DNA of 62,814 nt, the filler included, from Octopus bimaculoides (taxonomy: Eukaryota): assembly GCF_001194135.2 (NCBI RefSeq). It is 4 parts of 4 records of this genome, joined end to end, with 100 filler letters (N's around TTAATTAATTAA, not from the genome) between each part and the next. Parts side by side here need not be neighbours in the genome. Positions count along the whole stretch, not along the records: positions 41,183 to 54,537 come from NC_068982.1; positions 54,638 to 62,814 come from NW_026429309.1; 2 more parts are not named here. One strand, 5' to 3'. A model generated the notes under the pieces. It was not told the DNA's origin, did no database searches, and worked only from the letters and a program-made list of their open reading frames with translations. Below are positions 52,470 through 62,814 of the stretch, piece by piece (positions within the stretch are counted from its first letter, which is position 1; every line of letters begins with the position of its first letter). The position numbers were made by a program, and so were the translations under genes.

Positions 52470-52722
52470 CTTCGTAATATTATTTTGTCACCTATTTGTT
52501 GGTCAAAGGTGAATGCAACTTCAACTATATAACATATGTTTTGCACCTTGTCCACCACCACCAGATCCTGTCTATTATGCTCTATCACCTGCTGACCTTT
52601 TTGTATTGCTAGTTCCCAACTCCGCACCCTCTTCGGTTTGTGCTCATAACCACATCTTGCCTCTCTCTAGTCCACAGTTTTTGCACAGTTTCCAATGTAG
52701 CACTTTCGCTACTTGATCGTAT
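52470..52722 (-). mobile_element. R4/Dong-clade restriction-like endonuclease domain fragment
   Basis: DQVAKVLHWKLCK..GL...W/YEHKP...IEHNRQDLVVVDKVQNICYIVEVAFTFD, a decayed PD..(D/E) RLE motif. Confidence 0.8.
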
Positions 52723-52753
52723 CGGCACAACTGTCAGTGGTTTGGGGCAAGTC

Positions 52754-52810
<57 letters not shown>

Positions 52811-54189
52811 TTCCTAGGGAGCTGGAAGATTCGTTATCACGCCTGTCAAAATAGTTAGCGAAACTTTTCTCACTGCCGAGACCTACATTGCATTTCAATA
52901 TGAATTAAATGAGTATCATTAGGGACGATATAATCAACTAACCCCAACATTGCACACTGTGTACCTATAGTTGAAATTATTATTCTTATTACTGTTAATG
53001 GCGTTGAGCAGGTAGAATCGCTAGCACACCGGACACTACGCTTACATATATATATGCTTTACCATTAGGAAAGGTACGAACCACATATGTGTGCAGTAGT
53101 TCCTCATTAAAGATAACCATGCACCAATGAACATTCATGACTTAATACACACACACAACCATTTACATGTGTACAGACACACATATATGCACGGGCGCAT
53201 ACACACACACATATATCATATCACTATTAAAGAGTGGAAATACAAATTTACCAATGAAAAACCCATGAACTATTGACTTCACTAAAACATTTGTTATTCG
53301 GTATCAAAACTTTCGTCGCTCCAATTGTGACCTGGTTAGCGAGAAATTTCCATTGACCGGGTGTGTTTTAAATGGTTAATATGCCTCTTCCTCGCTATAA
53401 TTAATTCTGTTTCGACACACGGTCTCGTATCACATCCAGTATTATTTCTCCGCATACACACACACACACATACAAACACACACGAGAATGAGCACTCAAC
53501 ACAGCATTGGTGGATAAATTCATTCTATATTTGTGGATTTCCAAACCAAGCTTAGATTTTCTAATCGTTTACATAAAAAAATAATGGCATTCGGTTTCCA
53601 TTTCGGATCGGGTTCAAATGGACAAATGGACAGACTACCGTAATTCTATGTAGAACACTTGAATATTGGGAATTACACACACACACAAACACACATACAC
53701 ACACACACACAGACACACTTACACACACATGTACACACGTATGTGTCTGTGCGTATATACTTTGAAATATCACGCTATTTGTTTTTGTACTTTAAAGTTT
53801 TTCGTCACCTATTTATCAAATAACGTTTCGTGTTATGTGTTTAAGCAAACAGGCAGACAGTTTAAAGAGATGTATTTTATAATATATCAAATATTTTCTC
53901 AAAAAATAAAACATTACAAAAAAAATTTAATGCTGAAATTTGTAGTTTTTTAATATTTTAAGCTATTGAAAACTTTTTTGAGAATGTCTCGATGAAATAA
54001 CTACACACTTTAAAGATCTTTAGTAGGATAATTTTTGCTTATCAGCGCAGTGAAATTTCAAGTTAGATTGTTCCGTTGATTAATCTTCAAATGATATGAA
54101 GTGCACACAGAGACTCATATATATACAAGATACATGCATATTTCACTCTCTACATGTGTTTATGTATATATATTTTTATCGTTCATCTC

Positions 54190-54400
54190 TGGCTTGTTTC
54201 AGTCATTCAACTGCGGCCATGCTGGGGCATCGCTTTGAAGAATAGTCGAACAAATAGACTCCACTATTTATCTTTTTAAGCCTGGAACTTATTATATCGC
54301 TTTCTTCTGTCGAACCGCTATTTTACGGTGACATAAAAACACTAACACTGGATGTCATGTAGGGACAACTCACAGACATAACGATACACACACACATACA
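54190..54400 (-). mobile_element. SINE-B tail fragment
   Basis: cttgtttcagtcatt..ctgcggccatgctgg...gaaccgct. Confidence 0.7.
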
Positions 54401-54405
54401 CACAA

Positions 54406-54460
<55 letters not shown>

Positions 54461-54537
54461 GAGATATTCAAACCAACGCAGAACGAGTTACCTTCAGAGC
54501 TAGCACTTTATGTGTGCGTGTATATATATATATATAT

Positions 54538-54637
54538 NNNNNNNNNNNNNNNNNNNNNNNNNNNNNNNNNNNNNNNNNNNNTTAATTAATTAANNNNNNN
54601 NNNNNNNNNNNNNNNNNNNNNNNNNNNNNNNNNNNNN
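54538..54637. other. Artificial scaffold linker 44N-TTAATTAATTAA-44N
   Basis: Same cassette as at 25007. Confidence 0.95.
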
Positions 54638-54671
<34 letters not shown>

Positions 54672-55553
54672 TTAACGATCTGTTAAATTAAATACACTTG
54701 ATAAATATCAGTACATTTACTTATAGGAGCAATAAGAAGGAAATGCATTCATTTACTGAAGAAGTAGGATTAAACTTTATGGATGCAAGTGTGACTGTAT
54801 TGTTAAGAAGCTCTCTTCACAACTATGTGATTCAGGTAGGATCCTTCTCTGCACCTTGCTCAAGTATCTTCTACCATAACCTCTTTTTGACCAAAGTTTT
54901 TTTAGTGAAATTTTCGTAAGCGGAACCTTCAGAGAGGCCTTTCCTGTTAAGTGGTAGATTTGCAAGCGTTTAAACTTGGTTTTCCGTCTGAAGTTATCTT
55001 TCAATTTTTCTCTTACTAGTCACCACGACTGCGAAATAGGTCATGATCTCATTGTTCTTCTTTCTCTGACTAAGCTATGCAAAGCGGTTCTCTTTCTCTC
55101 TCTTTCATAAACAACACCTGCTAAGAAGTTTAATTGCTGAAATGTCGTTCAGTAAACAAATGCAAGAAAGAAGACCAGTGAATAAGCCGGTTGATAAATG
55201 GAAGTGTCTGCTAGATGATACATGCCAATCTACACGTTTGCTTATAGCAGATGAGTTTACTGGCATTTAACTAAGCAATATCGGTTGATACCTGTTTTGT
55301 TAAGTAGGTTTGCATGTGTTTGAAAGTTTGTGTACACACATCATTATCATTGTTGTTGTTGCTGTTGTGTTGAAACCTAGGTCGGCTTCAAACGCATAAG
55401 CCTATTATCAAAAGCGTTCTTCCTATGACCTACAGCTCTTGCTTGAAAGTATATTTACATAACTAGAAATACATTATTATTATTCTCGAACGTTAAATTA
55501 GTGTACCTACTTGTTCCTTCACCTGTCTTTGTCTTTCCTGCAAATTTGAACTG

Positions 55554-56616
<1,063 letters not shown>

Positions 56617-58635
56617 NNNNNNNNNNNNNNNNNNNNNNNNNNNNNNNNNNNNNNNNNNNNNNNNNNNNNNNNNNNNNNNNNNNNNNNNNNNNNNNNNNNN
56701 NNNNNNNNNNNNNNNNNNNNNNNNNNNNNNNNNNNNNNNNNNNNNNNNNNNNNNNNNNNNNNNNNNNNNNNNNNNNNNNNNNNNNNNNNNNNNNNNNNNN
56801 NNNNNNNNNNNNNNNNNNNNNNNNNNNNNNNNNNNNNNNNNNNNNNNNNNNNNNNNNNNNNNNNNNNNNNNNNNNNNNNNNNNNNNNNNNNNNNNNNNNN
56901 NNNNNNNNNNNNNNNNNNNNNNNNNNNNNNNNNNNNNNNNNNNNNNNNNNNNNNNNNNNNNNNNNNNNNNNNNNNNNNNNNNNNNNNNNNNNNNNNNNNN
57001 NNNNNNNNNNNNNNNNNNNNNNNNNNNNNNNNNNNNNNNNNNNNNNNNNNNNNNNNNNNNNNNNNNNNNNNNNNNNNNNNNNNNNNNNNNNNNNNNNNNN
57101 NNNNNNNNNNNNNNNNNATATTTATATGTGTGTATATATATATATATGTGTGTATGTATGTATATGTATGTATATATATATGTGTATGTATATGTATATA
57201 TGCATGTATATATATATATGTATATGTATGTATATGTATATATATGTACATGTATATATGTGTATGTGTATATATATATATATATATATGTTTGTGTGTG
57301 TGTATTTATGTACACACACTCATATATGAAGATCGGAATAATGGACAAATCAATCCATTGGTTAGTGTGGAGGGGTGCGTGTGTGTGAGACAGAGAGTGT
57401 GTGTGAGACAGAGAGTGTGTGTGTCTGCATGTACGTGTGTGTGTGCTTGTTTGCTTATCAGTATCATATCAGTGTTGTATATCAGAGAAGACAATACGGA
57501 ACATAGCGACTGGATGAATATCCGTCGGTAATATATCTATCAGAGCGAAATAAGTGCTGGGCTCGATATGATTGACTAAAGCACTTTTAAGTTGTACTTC
57601 AGCATGACTAAAAATAGCAGCATGACTGAATAAAAGAATTATGTGTGTGATTATGCGCATGCACGCTTGCATATGCATGTGCGTGAGTGCGTGCGTACGC
57701 ACGCGTACGACGTGCATGTCTGTGCTTGTATTTTCATAGTGAGTATAGAGAAGTGTGGAGACTAGCGTGTCAGAGGTGAAAGACGTAGTCAAGCAGATAT
57801 AACTAATTGACTGAGGGAGAAAAAAAGATTACTCTCGACTACGTTCTTGTTAATGAATGATTAAACTTACTGTAGTCTTGGTGTGACAATACAGCATATG
57901 TCCAGAACAAGTGGACGTATTATGTAGACAGGGTCAATGATTTCCTGTCCATAGTATTTTTCAACATATTGCATGAGTAAAACGGGTGCGTGTGAATGCG
58001 AGAGAAAGAAATGATGAAAACCATCAGTCATTAAGATATTTTAGTCAGAGAAGGAAGTAGAGAACAGGATACATAAATAGAAGTATAGATAGACAAGAGA
58101 AAATGAAACAAGTTGTTTAACCACATGTCAACTCTTATAAGCAAGCCTATGAAAATTATCCGGGTGTAATATTCCTCTCTTTTTTTTTATAGAGATTAGG
58201 CATACATTATCCAGTGTATACTTTTTCATATATTTTAGTAACTTTTTAAGGCGTCAGGAAAATTTTGAAGAATATCTGGCTCCTGTTTCTAGCATGACGA
58301 GCAAACCCATTGAAGCTTTCCTTTTGGCTTGCATATATAGAGTATATATATATAATCAGAGGCGACTCCAGGTCATCAACGTCACTCAGGCTCATCAGAG
58401 ATTTCACGTAAGACACGTATAAAAGAAGATAAGAGACGTAATGCACACCACACGGATAATTTAACAGTAAGCAAGTTTGCTGCTTCTAACGAAGGAATGC
58501 CTCACGTTTTACCGCAATATTTCTAGCCCCAAATGGCTTATATTTTATATCTAGCACTGTCTTTCTCCATTTCTAAGTTAAGGGTAAAAATAAGGCAACC
58601 ATGCAAAACACAACTGATCTTTACACACGCACAGA

Positions 58636-58907
58636 ATAACAGCAATCGAATAATGAAAGCGGAGTGCACATCAGACATCAGCGATCTGACTGACGCCTGT
58701 ACTCTTGACAAGATATGTCAGTTAGTCTTTACATCTTACAAGGTTCATTCGTATTAGCCCGAGTTACTACTGTATAACAGCAATCAAATAAGGAAAGCAG
58801 AGTACTCAACAAACATCACCGATCTGACAGTAGCCTGTACTCTTGGCAAAAGATGTCAGTTAGTCCTTTTAACCTACCCGGCTCGTTCATATCAGTCCGA
58901 GTTGCTA
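58636..58907. repeat. Two-copy tandem duplication with a 138-bp period
   Basis: ataacagcaatc.aataa.gaaagc.gagt...gcctgtactcttg.caa...tgtcagttagtc...ccgagtt recurs at 58636 and 58774. Confidence 0.85.
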
Positions 58908-59879
58908 GATAAATTTTCGTTCCTTTAAGAATACTGTAGAATGGAAACTTTTCATAGATTGGAATTTAAATCCTAACCACTATAGAAATTTATTATTTCA
59001 AGAAAACACTGAATTTTAATTACTTTTAATTTTTACGATTATAGATAACAACTCGAGCTATAAATTCTGAGACAGAGTGAGGCGCGTGTGAACGATGTCG
59101 AGATAACGTCTGCGACGAATGATATTTTTGAAACAGGGCGCCTCAAAGACGACCGCAAGACGCTGAAGGAAAATAAATGAACTGCATCCAGGCTCAATAA
59201 AGGTAGTCCGAGTTATTGGCTGCAATTACATACTTGAAGTCAGTGCTGGCAGAATTTAAATCGGCTTGCAAATACACATTCACTTTATTAAATTTATACT
59301 TGGGCTAAACCCGAACAGCCCGAGTGCCAGAATCGCCACTGATACATATGTATNNNNNNNNNNNNNNNNNNNNNNNNNNNNNNNNNNNNNNNNNNNNNNN
59401 NNNNNNNNNNNNNNNNNNNNNNNNNNNNNNNNNNNNNNNNNNNNNNNNNNNNNNNNNNNNNNNNNNNNNNNNNNNNNNNNNNNNNNNNNNNNNNNNNNNN
59501 NNNNNNNNNNNNNNNNNNNNNNNNNNNNNNNNNNNNNNNNNNNNNNNNNNNNNNNNNNNNNNNNNNNNNNNNNNNNNNNNNNNNNNNNNNNNNNNNNNNN
59601 NNNNNNNNNNNNNNNNNNNNNNNNNNNNNNNNNNNNNNNNNNNNNNNNNNNNNNNNNNNNNNNNNNNNNNNNNNNNNNNNNNNNNNNNNNNNNNNNNNNN
59701 NNNNNNNNNNNNNNNNNNNNNNNNNNNNNNNNNNNNNNNNNNNNNNNNNNNNNNNNNNNNNNNNNNNNNNNNNNNNNNNNNNNNNNNNNNNNNNNNNNNN
59801 NNNNNNNNNNNNNNNNNNNNNNNNNNNNNNNNNNNNNNNNNNNNNNNNNNNNNNNNNNNNNNNNNNNNNNNNNNNNNNA

Positions 59880-61620
59880 ACAATAAATAATCGAAAAATA
59901 TTTAACAACATTACTTAAAATAAAAACATAACTTATCTTATCGAAGAATTTCTGTTAAACTAAAATTTCAAACGTAATACGAAGAACTTAGCGTTTATAA
60001 GAAATATATAGCGTGAAAATATGGCGTAAATATAAGAATTATAGAATAAATAGATAAAATATGTATTTAAACTGTTAGGTTTTAAACTGTTATGTTTTAT
60101 TATTATAAAAAATATAGGAATCATTTATATTATCATCTTTTATATTATAATTATATTTAGAATTATTAAAGAATTTTATATTATTATTATATCCCGTCTC
60201 CCGCAGGGCTTTATTATAATAAAGTGCGTGTTTTTGGAAAATCTCAATATTTGAAGAAAGCAACGATATACTTTTACCTATATTATCTGTTAACGATTTC
60301 TTAATTGAGGGTGGGTGATTACTATTAGCATTAATATATCTAAGGTTTCCATTAATTTTATGGAATGGTCGGGTTTTACCTGTTATTTAATTAAAATTAG
60401 CATCTAAGTAATTAACATTATAGTTCTCATTATATATAGTAATATTTAATCAATTTCTTTTAAAAATCTATATAGTTTCTTATATAATTCTAATGTTCTA
60501 TTGGTGCAATTCTTAGTTATTAATAAAAGGTCATCCCTGGATAAACCACCCTCCAACTTAAAATTTTCTAATTGAAGTTCCGATAATAAATAAATACGTA
60601 CTAAATTAGTTGCCTGTGCAGAATCATGTGCCCCAGAGGTATATCAAAATAGTCCCTAGTATCCTTCCTAGCCCACAATTTATTATTATATCTAATCAAC
60701 GATATCCTAGCCGTTTTAACTACATTAATTTCATCATAAGTCATTCCTATCTTATTCATTGCATAAATTAAGGCCTTATTAAGTACAATCTCATTAATAG
60801 AAGAAGAAGAATTATCAATATTTATTTGAATGAATTTATATCTATTTTTATCTTTAATATTATTAAACCATTTTAAAGTATCATTAGTACTAGTTCAAAG
60901 TTTAAGGTAATTAATTTCATTTAATCTATTAATATATTTATCTAAAATTATCTTAATTTACCTAGATCTGATTTACATGGACAAATAAGTCTAACTTTTG
61001 GGTCAGAATAAAAATTATCCTTATGGTCTTTTAAAGTAATTCTAGGGTGCATAGGTACATAAGGTTCAGTTTTATTATCTAAGTCATATTTCAACACGAT
61101 TAAATTAGAGGCCTTATTCATATTATAAAGAGTATTTTCTGGAACAATTTTATATTTTTTATTTATTTATTTCTCTAATAGGTTATCATATAATTTAACA
61201 TCTAGTTTATACAGGTTCCTAGTTCTATCTGATTGTACTATAATTCCTTCCATATTTCGCATTTCTTTTATTCTAATAGCTAGATTTCTTAAATATTCAT
61301 TATGTCTATTTGGGTATTTATGAAATTTAATATTTTTCACCCCCTTCCAAATATTATCCTCTAAAAGCTGTATATCCCTATTATACGGGGGTTCCTTTCT
61401 AGATTTAAATTTTGAATTGATATGATTAGTATTCTCTACATCTTTAATATTAGATATGTTACAGCTATTGTAGTAGACTTTCCATTTAATCCTATTAATA
61501 AAATCTTTAATATTATTAATAAATTTCAAAATATATTCTTTTCTAGATGGTATAGGAATATCCTTCAAAGATGAATTCCAAAATTCCGGTTCTATAAAAT
61601 TGAGAGTTAAATACAATCGG
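59880..61620 (-). mobile_element. Penelope-like retroelement (N-terminal domain plus RT), degenerate; the 3' part is lost in a gap
   Basis: SLKDIPIPSRKEY...FINRIKWK, IIVQSDRTRNLY, RITLKDHK, FDIPLG/AHDSAQ (frameshift) and GGLSRDD (normally GLYRDD). Confidence 0.85.
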
Positions 61621-61639
61621 TAAAGGTTTTAGTTCAAAA

Positions 61640-61884
<245 letters not shown>

Positions 61885-62394
61885 ACACGCATGTATACAT
61901 AGAACAAGTAGTGAAGGATTATCAAGCCGGGCAAAATATTTCATAAGCACTCTGTTGCACACAAGGCTAACAATATTATTTAGAGTAGTGAAGAATTCCA
62001 AGTAATCTTTTGGCAGGGTCCAAAGTTATGGTTCATGACAATTCTATATTGTAAGTCTGTGGATGGGCTTCAGATTGGTTTTTACAGAGTGATATATAAT
62101 AGACAAGTTCAAATGATGGTCATTACATATGATTCCTTTATTATAGCAAATTTTGCTTACAACTGTTTTCAGTCCTCATTATAGATACGAGTAGATTTAC
62201 TCAACTGATCTATTTACCTCAGTTGATCATTAGACCAATTGAGTAAACCTATTTATGATGACTACTGGAAACATTTGTAAGCATACAAACAGCTGTATGC
62301 ATACACACGCGCATATGTATATGCATACATATATACATATATATAAAAGCAAATGCATGCATACACGCATACATACATACATACATACATACAT

Positions 62395-62814
62395 AGCGAT
62401 GTGGACCGCCTATACCTAAAACGAAATAAAGGAGGGAGGGGCCTAACATCAATTCAGACTGCCTTTGAATGCTGTGTCATATCTCTTCGACATCATCTCA
62501 TAACCACTAAGTGTCGAAGTGCACCCCTTGATGAAGTCTGCAGACATGAGGTAAATACCATCACGAGATTGGGAAGGCAACTACTTGACAAGCATTCCTT
62601 ATTCGACAACCCTGAACTCTTACCCAAAGAAATTGCAAGACTCTACCGTAATATAACATCAGAGGAGAGGATGAATGTATTCCAACAGAAGACCATGCAT
62701 GGATACGTTAACAGAAAGCTCCAGGGTAATAACAACATTGACAACCAGAGCAGTCTATCGTGGACAAACAATCGGGTCACCAACTCTCACTTTGAAGGGT
62801 ATGCCTTTGCTATC
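62395..62814 (+). mobile_element. 5'-truncated R4/Dong-clade LINE with a stop-free ORF of 140 codons continuing past the window end
   Basis: SDVDRLYLKRNKGGRGL...KTMHGY...IDNQSSLSW...SHFEGYAFAI in one frame with no stops. Confidence 0.85.

Overview
Repeat-rich animal genomic DNA, very probably an octopus, inferred from recognisable tRNA-derived SINE families and dense (CA)n/(TA)n/(TACA)n microsatellites. It is not prokaryotic, and I see no CRISPR array, rRNA or operon. The window is four assembly blocks joined by artificial 100-bp linkers (44N-TTAATTAATTAA-44N at 25007, 41083 and 54538), with many further N gaps. The only host gene I can support is two spliced, frame-compatible exons of an enolase-4 (ENO4)-like gene (29799-29927 and 35332-35590, + strand) inside the CpG-depleted block 25107-41082. 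By manual alignment from memory it has lost one Mg-ligand Glu and has Arg at the catalytic Lys. The rest is transposon debris: a full-length mariner with perfect TIRs, two DD37D-type remnants, MITEs, Penelope RT and GIY-YIG pieces, RTE, CR1-like and R4/Dong-clade LINE fragments, and four SINE families (labelled A-D here, my labels) that show tail swapping. One R4/Dong fragment is a stop-free ORF running off the window end. Nearly all long ORFs in the supplied track are microsatellite or N artefacts. I found no convincing new biological system. The best leads are the pseudoenzyme-like ENO4 with an unresolved C-terminus, the block-specific CpG decay, the modular SINEs, the young R4/Dong copy and a 33-bp (11-codon) minisatellite. 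SINE and LINE coordinates are approximate unless a TSD or TIR is quoted.
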